Assembly (NCBI GenBank): GCA_013239625.1
Contig: MU053410.1
Span: 84,694 to 148,693 of the forward strand
Direction of reading: 5' to 3'
Length of the DNA: 64,000 nucleotides
Source of the DNA: Lama guanicoe
Lineage: Eukaryota
A model generated the notes under the pieces. That model did no database searches and was not told the origin of the DNA. It worked only from the letters and a program-made list of their open reading frames with translations. The translations under genes were made by a program, and so were the position numbers. Positions 23,449-36,056 of this stretch are shown here, in pieces. Every line of letters begins with the position of its first letter. The stretch's first letter is position 1.

Positions 23449-23501
23449 GCAATAAAAGATTTTCTTTATGTGAAAAAGAACAAGAAATAAGAACTTGTGT
23501 G

Positions 23502-23558
23502 AAGGGGGAAGTCTCACTTTAAGGGGGAAGTCTCACTTTAAGGGGGAAGTCTCACTTT
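23502..23558 (+). repeat. Perfect 19-bp x3 tandem repeat (aagggggaagtctcacttt)
   Basis: Directly visible. Confidence 0.95.
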
Positions 23559-23909
23559 AAAGGCAAAAATGGAGAAATGGCTGTGAATCAACCACTTAAA
23601 TAAGCCACTACAAAGACTAAAACACAAAAATTGTAAAACAAAACAAAACAAAAAACCCTGTAATTACAGTAAACACTTATACGACGCACATGAGGATGTA
23701 AAAAATAAAATCAAAAACAAAAAAACAAAGAGGGGGGAGTAAAACAGTAGACCTTTTAGAAATTATATGACCTTAAATTATAATTACTTAAAAACAATCA
23801 GATACGCAAAAACAAGTGAGAGAAACACAACTATAACAATAAAGAAAAATCAACTAACCATAAGGGAAAAGTATAAAACAAGAAGGACAGAGAACTACAA
23901 AAACATTCG

Positions 23910-26900
23910 GCAAGGTGGCAGGATACATTAACACGCACAAATCAGTGGCATTTCTTTACACTAACAATGAAATAGTAGAAAAAGAAAGTAAAGAAACCTC
24001 CCTTTTAAAATCACATCCAAAACAATAAAATATTTAGGAATAAATATGACCAAGCAGCTGAAACACTTATACATGGAGAACAACAAAACATTGATTAAAG
24101 AAATTAGAGATGACTTAAAGAAATGGAAAGATACCCTATACTTTTGGATTGGAAGAATTAATATTGTTAAAATGGCCATACTGCCTAAGGCAATCTACAG
24201 ATTTAATGTGATCCCTATCAAGTTACCCAGGACATTTTTTTTTACAAAACTAGAACAAATAATCCTAAAATTTATATAGAATCATAAAAGATGCAGAATT
24301 ACCAAAGCAATACTGAAGAAAAATAGTGAAGCTGGGGGAATAACCCTCCCAAACATCAGACAATACTGCAGAGCTACAGTAATAAAAACTGTGGTACTGG
24401 CATGAAAACAGACATATGGATCAATAGAACAGAATAGAGAGCCCAGAAATAAACACACAGACCTACAGTTAAATTAATCTTTGGCAAAGGAGGCAGGAAT
24501 ATACAATGGAGAAAAGACAGTCTCTTCAGCACGTGGTGTTGGGAAAACTGTACAGCAGCATGTAACCAATGAAGTTAGGACACTCCCTCATACCATACAC
24601 AAAAATAAACTCAAAATGGCTTAAAGATTTATTTTATTTTTTAAACATTTCTTTATTGATTTATAATCATTTTACAATGTTGTGTCAAATTCCAGTGTTC
24701 AGCACAACTTTTCAGTCATACATGGACATGTGAACATTCATTGTCACATTTTTTTCTCTGTGAGCTACCATAAGATTTTGTGTATATTTCCCTGTGCTAT
24801 ACAGTATAATCTTGTTTATCTATTCTACAGCTTTGAAATCCCATTCTATCCCTTCCCACCCTCCGTCCCCCTGGCAACAAGTCTGTATTCTATGTCTATG
24901 AGTCTATTTCTGTCTTGTATTTACGCTTTGTGTTTTTGGTTTATTTGTTTGTTTTTGTTTTTTAGATTCCACATATGAGCGATCTCATATGGTATTTTTC
25001 TTTCTCTTTCTGGCTTACTTCACTTAGAATGACATTCTCCAGGAGCTTCCATGTTGCTGCAAATGGTGTTATGTTGTCGGTTTTTATGGCTGAGTAGCAT
25101 TCCATTGTATAAATATACCACTTCTTTATTCAGTCACCTGTTGATGGGACATTTACACTGTTTCCATGTTTTAGCTATTGTAAATAGTGCTGCTATGAAC
25201 ATTGAGGTGCAGGTGTCATCCTGAAGTAGGGTTCCTTCTGGATATAAGCCTAGGAGTGGGATTCCTGGGCCATATGGTAAGTCTATTCCTAGTCTCTTGA
25301 GGAATCTCCACACTGTTTTCCATAGTGGCTGCACCAACCTGCATTCCCACCAGCAGTGTAGGAGGGTTCCCCTTTCTCCACAGCCTCTCCAGCATTTGTC
25401 ATTTGTGGATTTTTGAATGACGGCCATTCTGACTGGTGTGAGGTGCTACCTCATTGTAGTTTTGATTTGCATTTCTCTGATAATTAGTGATATTGAGCAT
25501 TTTTTCATGTGCCTTTTGATCATTTGTATGTCTTCCTTGGAGAATTGCTTGTTTAGGTCTTCTGCCCATTTTTGGATTAGGTTGTTTATTTTTTTCTTAT
25601 TGAGTTGTATGCGCTGCTTATATATTCTGGAGATCAAGCCTTTGTTGGTTTCATTTGCAAAAATTTTCTCCCATTCTGCAGGTTGTCTTTTTGTTTTAGT
25701 TACGGTTTCCTTTGCTGTGCAGAAGCATGTAAGTTTCATTAGGTCCCATTTGTTTATTCTTGCTTTTATTTCTTCTAGGAGAAAATTTTTGAGATGTATG
25801 TCAGATAATGTTTTGCCTATGTTTCCCAAGATTTAAATATAAGATATGATACCATAAAACTCCTAGAAGAGAACATAGACAAAACATTCTGACATAAATT
25901 GTAGCAATGTGTTCTTAGGTCAGTCTCCCAAGGCAAGAAATAAAAGCACAAAAAACAGATGGGACCTAATCAAACTTACAAGTTTTTTTGCACAGCAAAG
26001 CAAACCATAAAGAAAATGAAAAGATAAACTATGAAACTGAAGAAAATGTTTTCAATCAATGTGACCAAAAAGGGCTTAATTTCCAAAATATACAAATAGC
26101 ACATAAAACTCAGTAACAACAAATGACACAAACCCCTAAACAGGCTGAAGGCCTAAACAGTCATTTCTCCAAAGAAAACTACAAATGGCCAACAGGCACA
26201 TGAGAAGATGCTCAACATTGGTAATTATTACAGAGATTCACATCAAAACTACAATGAGGTATCACCTCACATGAGTCAGAATGGCCATCATCAAAATGTC
26301 TACAAGTAACAAATGCTGGAGATATTGGGCAAAGGGAACCAACCTACACTGTTAGTGGGACTATAAATTGGTACAACTGCTATGGAAAACAGAATGGAAG
26401 TTCCTTAAAAAACTAAAAGTAGAGCTACCATGTGATCTAACAATCCCATTCCTGGGCTTATCCAGAGAAAACACTAAATTAAAAACATACATGCTTCCCA
26501 ATGTTCAAGCAGCAGTATTTCCAATAGCCAAGACATGGAAACAACCTAAATGTCCCTTGCCAGATAAATAGATGAAGAAGTGTTTTATATATACATGTAT
26601 TTTATACATACACACACTAGAATACTACTCAGCCATAAAAAAGAATGAAATGATACTATTTGCAGCAACATGCATGGACCTAGAGATTATACTAACTTCG
26701 TTAGAGAAAGACAAACACCATATGATACCATTTCTATGTTGAATTTAAAATATGCCACAAGTGAACTTATTTAGAAAACATAGACTCACAGACATAAAAA
26801 ACAAACTTATGATTACCAAGTGGAAAGCAGGAAGGGGGATAAATTAGACATCTGGGATGAGCAGATACAAATACTATAGATAGAAACTATCACATATAAA

Positions 26901-27030
26901 ATAAATAAAAAACAAGGTCCTACTGCATAGCACAGGGAAATTTTTTTCAATATCCTGTGATAAACCATAATGAAAAAGAATATGAAAAGGAGTATATATA
27001 TATGTATATACAAACTAAGGGACTATGCTG
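23910..27030 (+). mobile_element. L1 ORF2 3' half + 3' UTR, split by an inverted younger L1
   Basis: [21 protein letters not shown]; the element resumes at about 25829. Confidence 0.9.
24631..25827 (-). mobile_element. Younger L1 3' end inserted antisense
   Basis: [12 protein letters not shown]...[17 protein letters not shown]; short aagattt duplication on both flanks. Confidence 0.9.
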
Positions 27031-27099
27031 TATATATTCAAACAAAATAGTATTATATGAATTAAGCCATTATGTAAACATATTAGAATAATAGTAGAC

Positions 27100-28760
27100 T
27101 ATATTAGGAAATGCAATACTGGCCAAGATTCAAAAATAAATATAAATTATCAGAAAAGCACAATGAGAATATAATGATTAACTAGGATAAACGTAAAAAG
27201 ATATTTAATAAAATTCATTGACTAGTCATGAAAATAACTCTTAGCAAAACTGTAAAAGAGAGCAACTTCCATTACAAAGTGAAAACAACCACAACAATAT
27301 GGTGTTGGCTTGGAAACAGACACGTATATCAATGGAACAGAATAAAGCTCATAAATAAACCCGTGTATATATCATGAATAATTTATGACAAGGGAGCCAA
27401 GAATATACAATGGGGAAAGGACAATTTCTTCACTAAACAGTGTGGGGAATCCTGTATAGCTACATGCACAAGTATGAAAATGGACCCCTATCTTGACAAA
27501 AGTCAACTCAAAATGCATGAAGGACTTGAATGTTAAGACCTGAAACCATAAAAGTACTGTAAGAAATCATAGGCAGTAATCTCCTTGACATCAGTCTTGG
27601 TGGTGCATTTTTGGATCTGATGCCAAAAGCAAAGGAAGCAAAATTAAAAATAAGCAAGCAGGATTACATCAAGCTTAAGATCTTCCACACAGGAAAGGAA
27701 ATTAACAATAGCATGGAAAGGTACCTTACTGAATGGGAGAAAAGAACTGCAAATAATGTAACTGAAAGGGGCTGATATACAAAATATATAAAGAACTCCT
27801 ACAACTCAATAACAATAACACAGAAACCCCAATCTGATTAAAACATGAAAAGGATCAGTATCCCTAGTCATCAGGAAAACAGAAATCAGTACCACAACAA
27901 GGTATCACCTCACATGTGTTAGGACGGCAATTATCAAAAAGACGAGACATAACAAGTGTTGACAAGACACAGAGAAAAGGGAAACCTGTGACTGCTGGGA
28001 GCGTAAATTAATGAAGCCACGATGTGAAACAACATGGAAGGTTCCCAAAATATTAAAAAATAGGGCTACTATATGATCCAGCAATCCCACTCGTACTTAT
28101 CTGAAAGAAATGAAAACACTAATTGGAGAGGTCTGCATCTCCATCTTCGCTGCAGCATTAATTACAATAATCAAGATACGGAAACAACTGAAGTGTCCAT
28201 CACACGATGAACAAAGAAAATCTGGCATGCACTGCATGCATGTATCTAACAAAATACCACTAAGTCATTAAAAAGAATGAAATCTTGCTATTTGTACCAA
28301 CATGGATTGGCCCTGAGAGCATTATGACAAACGAAATAAATCAGACAGATAAACATGCATGATTTCACTTACAGGTGGAAACTAAGTAAGACAAACCCAC
28401 AAACGAGCTCATAGATACCGAGAACAGACTGGTGGATGCAAGGTGTGGGGAGGAGGAGGGGGCAACACTGCTGAATGGGGTCAAAGGATACAAACTTCCA
28501 TTTACAAAATAAATAACACAGGGTCATGACACACACACAACCTAGTGACTAAGTAACACGACCACACAAAATATCTGATGTTACTAACGGAGTAGAGTCT
28601 TATCACAAGAAAAAGCATGTGAATATAAATAATGATGAAAGTTAGCTAAACGTACTGTAGTAATCATTTCATTATATATATAAAAATATCAAATCATTAT
28701 GTTGTTTGCCATAACCTAATATATAGTTATATGTCTACTGTATCTCAATAAAAACAAAAT
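27100..28760 (+). mobile_element. Older L1 3' portion
   Basis: Degenerate ORF2 end and 3' UTR ending ctcaataaaa. Confidence 0.8.
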
Positions 28761-28839
28761 GACTGTGCAATTTGGGATAATGTGAAAATTTACCAACAAT
28801 GACAACAATAATAGTAACCCTTGGCACTTCCTTTGGTGA

Positions 28840-29230
28840 TCATTATACTAAGGGTTTAATTCACTTTATCTCACTTACAAGACAATCAACTGTAAAAAGA
28901 CCTGTATCACAGATAATTTTATAGAGAATGAAACTGTGGCTTGGAGAAGTTAAGCAATGTTCCCAAGACAGCCAGTGGCAGAGCCAGGACTCAGACCCGT
29001 CTTTCAAGTAGCTAAAACTTGAAACCAGAACAAAAGCACACAGACTGATTTTCACCCTACTAGACCATGTCTTACTACCTAATCACTTCTGGTCCTGGCC
29101 ACTTCAAGTCTCTGAACTTCAGTTTTCAGTTATATATAAAACTTAGAATATGAAAACCTGCGTTTCCTATCCTGCAAAGTTGTATTGAGAAAGAACAGGG
29201 TTAACGATGCTTTGAAAACTGTAATAAGAT
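28840..29230. mobile_element. MIR-like fragments in opposite orientations
   Basis: gaaactgtggcttggagaagttaag...gagccaggactc and tctctgaacttcagtttt core motifs. Confidence 0.55.
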
Positions 29231-30255
29231 GAATAAACACAAGGAAGACAGGCAGTGGTCACAGCATAGCAGAAGCATCAGCCACAGAAGCCACAGTAAC
29301 AGCATCAACACAAGTTAGCTCTGGTCTCTGCACAAGATAAAATGCAGACACTCCACTGTTCTTAGGCATCTTCCTGCTAAATAAAAACAGCTAAATGAAG
29401 CTTAAATGAAGAACAGCACATCCAGAATCAGCTCATTAAAAGTGTTGAGGGTTTGATGCATGTGTTTGTTTTGTTTTGCTACATAAAGGAAGGCTGCTAT
29501 CATTAACTCTGAGCAACTGTCTAATATCACATTTGAAAAAATGCTTCAAGCTTCATGGGGCCTGGCCTGGCCACCCTGCAGGGGCCGCGAGGTCTCCCCA
29601 GCCAGGCTGCGGGGCGCTGTGCATAGGCCAGCAGGGGCCCAACATCGGCCTCCCTGTGCAGCTAGCACTCGCACCACACTGCCCCTGGTTAGATGTCCAC
29701 TGCCTCTGAGCCCAGCGGCTCTGGGTAATAGAAATTCTAAAAATAAGTCTTCAAATCAATGTAAGAAAACACAAAGAACCAACAGGGAAGTAAGCAGGCA
29801 CTATGAAGAAAAATAATCCCAGGAGGCTGACAGACCTCCTGAAAGGCAACTCCCCTGACGCAGGGCCAGGTGAGAGGATCCCAGCAGGGCCCCAAGACAG
29901 GAGGCCAGGAGGCAGGACCACCAGGGAGGTGACAGTGACCCCTGCTGTGGGGAAGGTCCTGGGTTCAGGACTTCCACTGGGGGCTCCAGGTCTCCTACCT
30001 CAGTCTTGGTCCCCACTGCACTGCCAAGCACAGCCCTACGTCACCACCCCCAAGCTGGGGAGGATTCTGATTGGACAGGTCAGAGAAACCATACAAAATG
30101 TGACTGTCACACAAGAGACACAGGACACTGTCAGTGTCACACAAGAAGATAGGGCTCAACAGTCATCACAGCACTTCTAAAGAAGAAATCTTAATTTCAC
30201 CCTCCAACCAGGCAACAGGTTACAAAATGCTCAAATGAACAAATATCAGACTCAC

Positions 30256-33200
30256 ATATTCATCGACTGGGTCACCAACGGTGGGAGAAAATATGACCCT
30301 GTGCTGCTGAACTGGCCCATCAGCGTGATCCCAGGGTACGGAGAGGCTGTTGGTTGTCTCCCCAAAGACTCGGATTCCTTGGTCCACTTCATGGTCCTAA
30401 ATAAATAAACACAATAGAGTTAGTGGCCTGTCTGTGAGCATGGTGGACATGGGGGTGGAGGGAGGGGTATAAAAAACTGTACGCAGGTCAGAGTAACTGC
30501 ACCCGGGGGTTTCACCACTCTCTGGGGTGTTTCCTCCCTTGTGATAAAATCCGCATCTCCTACCTTTCTCACGTGGACCCATAAACAGTAGAAAGTGCTC
30601 CATTCAGAGCTACGGTTACATGCTGAACTTCCCTAGAAAGAGACTAGGCTGGAACCTAAATGCACAGACTGGGAGAGAAAGGGATTAACTACTCTGACTA
30701 CTTCCTGTTGAATGAAACAGAGAGGCTGAGCCCTCACGTTTCAAAAGTGCCCAGTTGGTGAGAAGACTCAATGCAGGGCAAAAGGAGGGAAGAAACCTCT
30801 CCTTAACTCAGGTCCCAGATGAGAAAATGGCCAATGACACTCAACTCAGCCCAGAGGGCCTTCAGCCTGAATGTGAACATGGGAGACCTGGGCAGAAGTG
30901 GGTGCCAGGCCTCCCCTCACCTGCGCAAGGTGGAGGCAGTTCTCAGCACCCCTCCCTCACCTGCCCAGCCTTCCTCACTGAGTCACAAGGGAACTGGGTG
31001 GAAAGGATTTCACCCTTATGTGTTTGGCCCTGGCCGAGGCTGGGATTCCCTTCTCTATCCGAGTGGAGCGCAAGGATGTTCACAGAACAGGGTGTGTCTG
31101 GAATCAGCTGCTCCAAGTGCCCCATGCAGGTGTTTCCTGGCACCACAATCTGGAGGGGGAGGACATGACAAATTCTGTCTGATGACAACCCAAATGCTTA
31201 CCGAGTCTCTTATTAGTCAACATAATAACATTTATAGCAAAGGGCTGAGCCCAGACACACCAGAAGCCAACCTCTCTGCTACCTCATGATATCCACCCAG
31301 GCCACAGCGTTAGATGCACTTTACCCTCGGAAATTCCCTCTCCACTAAATGTTACTTCACACTTGACCCTTAGCAACCTCAACGACCTCCCATTTAGGTT
31401 CTTGGGGAAGGTTCTCACATACAACATTCAGGGTTTACGATAGTGACCCCAAAGCATCCCGAATGTCAGAGACACGTACACATAAGGTACACTACTCAGG
31501 GAGAGATTTTTCTATTAAAATGGAGAGCTTCTCCATGCGATGGCTAAGGGCAGTGTTGTCTGAACACGCCCTGCCACACACAAGGGTGCAAATCAACACT
31601 GGAGCAGGCTCAATGGCTGTTTATCTTTGTTCACGGTCCCTGCTTCTTCTTGTAAAGTCTCGTAAATTTACTTTCCCTCACATGTTCTGATACTCTCCCT
31701 ACTCAAATTAGTAATTTCTGCTCTATTATTAATCCACTTAGAAAATGGAATAGTACCAAGATAGATGGGAAATCTGTTAAGAGCCAATGAAGGCAAACTC
31801 AGGTAGGTTCCAAACAAAGATATGTGTGTTACAATGAAAGCCCGTACTGACAAGGTCTATCAATGACTTGCATTTACTACTGGGGTTTTTTAACCTACAT
31901 AGCTAATTTGCATTTTCCCCAAATTCATTTTTGCTTACTAACCTTACAGTTAGTTAATACCCTTACGATTTAATTCATCAAAAGCAATCAGTTAAGCATT
32001 GTACGTGAGCATGTTTGTGGCCTGCGTTCTCACAGGCTGCCAAGCATGACACAAACATGAGACTAAGTTCATCAGGAAATGAGTGTGCATGTGACCCAGG
32101 GCCACACCAACTGACCTACTGTCCTGCACCAGCAACTGAAGCAGGAGGTGCCGTAAAATCTACAAAATTCTTCTGCCAGCTCTGAGATGACAACAGTACT
32201 TACAGGTTCTAGGGGCCTCGTGCCAGCCAGGGGAGTGCACACAGCGCGGTGCTGCGGCACCGGCCAGGGGCGGGGTCCAGAGAACAGCCCGGCTGTTTGG
32301 CATCGGACGTTTCTGGCCAGTCTTCTCACCACTGAGGAAAGAAAAGCCAACACACATTTCTTACGTCTATTTACATGTGTCGAGCTTTTATTATCACATC
32401 TCCTAAACTTCCACTCTGCAACAGGATAAAATACTGTCCTCCTTAAACTTTGAATTATCTACACACAAAAGCAGATTAAAACCCTCCAAACCCAAATTTA
32501 GCCAAACTTAGCCAACTAGGGCCTGTAGACAGAAGCTAAGTTGTTGCCAATAAAAACAAGGGAGTAAGAGTAGTAGTACTGGGTTAGCCAAAAAAGGACA
32601 AGGGACAAGGGCAAGGGCAAGAAATTGGAAAAGCAGCTTCAGCTTTCCAGCACAGGTCATGGAGACAGAGACCAGAGGATTCTACCATCTCCACCTCCAA
32701 ATGAGAACTGACAACACCAAGGACGCCCATCTAACTCTGGCAGCTAGGTTAGCCAGTTTCAATCATTCATTTCTTCTCATTCAACAGACACGGAATGTCT
32801 TCTGTGATTCAAAGAAAAGGCAAACACAGGGAGAAGTCAAAGATACACTCAGTTCTCAATCAACTGCCCCAAAAGGGACTTAGAAAGACATGCAAATTAA
32901 ATCCATTTATTACCTCCAAACTCCACTTTAGCAATAACATCATTTTTCTAGACCACTAATCCTTGGCCAAAAGAAGTCATCCACCCTTGTTTTCTTTAAG
33001 CCATCAGCACCTATGTTTTTAAGCCAAAAAATATTTAGAGGTATGCACCAAAGCCTTTAAACAATACTACAAAAAATTGTAAAACCACTATAAACTGGTT
33101 TCTCAAAATGCTAATAGCAAATGAAAGCACACAGATTTTCAAAGCCAAAAAGCACTTCATCAGCAGAGACATGTGCTATCAAGTAACGTGACCAACAGAT

Positions 33201-34913
33201 TTCAACAACTGACACTGAAAGCCAGTGACAAAACACTGCTTCACACAGATTTATCAAGCACAAAGCAAAGCTCATGAACTTTTTGTCAGTGACGGAGAAT
33301 ACTGGTAACTGTATACACACTTAAGAATCCTGAAGTTATCATTTCAGAAGAATGTCATACATTTTTATTTCATACACTAAAATATAACAACTGGTGGAGT
33401 TGGGTAAACTATGGGTAACTGTTACATTTTTATTCCATCATAATGAATTCCCCAAATTTTCTTTACACTTTAAACTTTACTAAAAAGCAAAATGCATCAT
33501 GAAAACGCTAAATTTTTCTGCCTTCTTACTTCCATGTCCTTCCAGTGTCTGGTGTACGCCCTCCATCGCCCTCAGGATAAAGGGGAACTACCGTAATGGT
33601 GTAAGGGGCATCCGGCTGCAGATTCCTAAGAATGGCATCATTGGGATTCCTAGGGATTGGCACCTAAAGATTTTAATAAAATGTAAAGTACTTGATTTGA
33701 AAACCTTGTATGAGAAATAATACTCTGAAGAACAAAATACTCAAAATATTAACTCAAGACCAAGTCAAGAAGCAGGTTCTGTAATACTGGGAGCTAAGGA
33801 TGTGCCCCATACAAACTGTGGTAAGAGCTGATGAAGACTTACCTGCACATGCCCTCGCTCCTTCTTGAAAAGTCCCTGGAATGATTCAGCTCCTCAGCCC
33901 CAGTCTCCTGAAAGCCCCCATCACCCAGGCTCTAAGGCCTGAACCAACTACCTTCCTTCACGTTCTACTGAAGGAACATGAACTGGTTCAGCCCTACGGT
34001 AAGCTGGTTAACTCTTGATCGCCACTTTGCAATCTACAGCTGAAACTAATACGCACTCTTCCCTATAGGAACTAATGACCAGTTCCTCCGGACCACCTGC
34101 TGTGGGTGCACAGAAGAGCTTGTACTGACCAGGATTTTCCTCCGCGTGGTCCCAGAGAAAGTGCAAAGTGCTGGTGGCAGGGCCATGAACTCTGCGGTTC
34201 CTCACGGTAGTCAAAGGTTCTGAAAGGCACAGAAAGCACATCACATGTGACCCTAACAACCCAGCACACATGAAGCCCAGGTTTACTGAGGGGTCCTGGG
34301 AATCCTACAGCAGGACCCCTGTAGTAGGCACTCCACAAATATCTGTTGAAGTAGTGAATAAAGGAAAAAAGGTCTGGGATCATCTGGTACATGTCTCATC
34401 CCTCCACAAGGTATTGTGGCCTCATAGCATTGTCTGTGTTATCCTAGAAAGTAATAAACACCTTTCTCTAAGACCAGAGACAGGTAACTTCAGTAAGGAT
34501 ATTAAAAACAATTTAGATCTTGGGGGGAGGGTATAGCTCAGGGGTAGTGTATGCTTAGTGTGCACGAAGTCCTGGGTTCAACCCCCAGTATCTCCATTAA
34601 AAACAAGTAAGTAAAACCTAATTACCCCAACCCCCAACAGAGTCAAAAAAAAAAAAAGCGCATTATTAACATGCATTTTTAAAGATTAACAAAACTCTGT
34701 GTCACCTCAGTGTTTCCACTGGAAGATGTGATTCCATCCCCATGATGGTTACTAAAACAGCTACAGGAGTCCAGGTTCACTTACTGGTCTCGCCTCTTCC
34801 CATTATCCGACCTCCTTCCACATCAGGATGCAGGGAGGACAGGGTGATGGTGTAAGGAGCAATGGGCTTCAGCTTCTGCAGGACCACACGTTCTATCATC
34901 CGCCTATCCTGGT
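30256..34913 (-). pseudogene. COL12A1: COL12A1 partial unprocessed pseudogene, six consecutive FN3 half-domain exons
   Basis: Exons 34913-34785 ([12 protein letters not shown]; 2 stops + frameshift), 34219-34080 ([25 protein letters not shown]), 33663-33534 ([20 protein letters not shown] donor), 32331-32204 (RLARNV; deletion), 31149-31020 (IVVPGNT..LIPDT; AT donor) and 30396-30256 ([22 protein letters not shown]; stop + frameshift). Confidence 0.93.
34522..34657 (+). mobile_element. tRNA-derived SINE, vic-1-like (camelid)
   Basis: A-box tagctcaggggta, B-box ggttcaacccc, aacctaattaccc tail and poly(A). Confidence 0.85.
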
Positions 34914-35844
34914 CTGGAGTAAAACAAGGATAAGTGTCAGCTTTGCTCTCTCCAGCTCACTCATCTAATAGAAAAAGCTCTAAGGGGGAGTTGTTTGAGA
35001 ACTTTGCTAAGATCTGGAAATGCGTTCCAACATTAAAGTGTAAAATGTATCTTACGGGATCATTTTAAATGTAAACTAGGCCCCTAACATCATAAAAAGG
35101 ATTTTAAGCCTTAAACTGGTGACCTTAAAAAGATATTCCAACTGGCAAGCAGCCAGCACTGCGAAATTTCATCCAAAATACGTCTCACAGATCTCTTCCC
35201 TAAAAAGGCATTAGTCCTAAGTGAGCTGCAAAGGACCTTGAAAACACAGCAAAGAACTGCATAATAGTAGAGGGCATTCAGTACTATTCTCACCTTTTTA
35301 CAGATGGTTTTTACTTGCTTTAGAAGCACACTAAAATGATTCAGCAAAACATTTAAAGCTTTTTGGTTTCCCCCTCCAAAACTGCTCCTAAACCAGCATT
35401 AGCTGTGCAGACTACGTGATGGGACCCCCTGCCAGGCCACACTCAGGCAGGGCATCCCAGTCCTCTCCCTGATTCCAGCCTGCTGCAATGAAGCATCTTC
35501 AATATCCTTCGGTTACGGAGTTTGAAGGGGTTTTTTGTTTTGTTTTGTTTAATTCACTGCTTAAGGCTACCTTGCTATCCTGTTGAAAGAAAATTCGGAT
35601 GCTTTGTTAACTGTCTACTGAATTCAGATGTTTATGCCATACTAATTAAAATCACGTGAAAATGATACGCTGCCCGCAGTGGGTGCACATGCGGAGGGCT
35701 GGATGCACTAGCATAGTCCAGATGTTTCCCACTGAGCACTGTGCACTCAAGCAGTCTGGGTTTCAGAGAAAACCTCAGTGGATCACTGGACTCATCCTCA
35801 TGACGAGCAAGCTGAGCTACAGCAGCTAATTTGGACAAGTTTTG

Positions 35845-36056
35845 TAAATTTGGGAGTTTGAGATTTGCAAATGTTAAAAACATTAAAAAAACAAATTTTT
35901 CTGTCTAGCACAGGGAACTATATTCAATATCTTGTAGTAATCTTTATCGGAAAAGAGTATGAAAATAAACATATGTATATATATGTATGGCTGAGACATT
36001 ATGCTGTACACCAGAAATTGACACACTGTAACGGACTATACTTCAATGTAAAAAAT
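35845..36056 (+). mobile_element. L1 3' UTR fragment
   Basis: cacagggaactatattcaatatcttgtag...tatacttcaat. Confidence 0.8.

Noticed and set aside
34522..34600. tRNA gene
   Set aside because: tRNA-like head followed by a SINE body and poly(A), with a second copy at 45330; this is a SINE.
30256..34913. Functional linkage between a collagen-export factor paralog and collagen XII
   Set aside because: The COL12A1 piece is disabled and the paralog lacks the luminal cargo-binding SH3; adjacency is best treated as coincidence.
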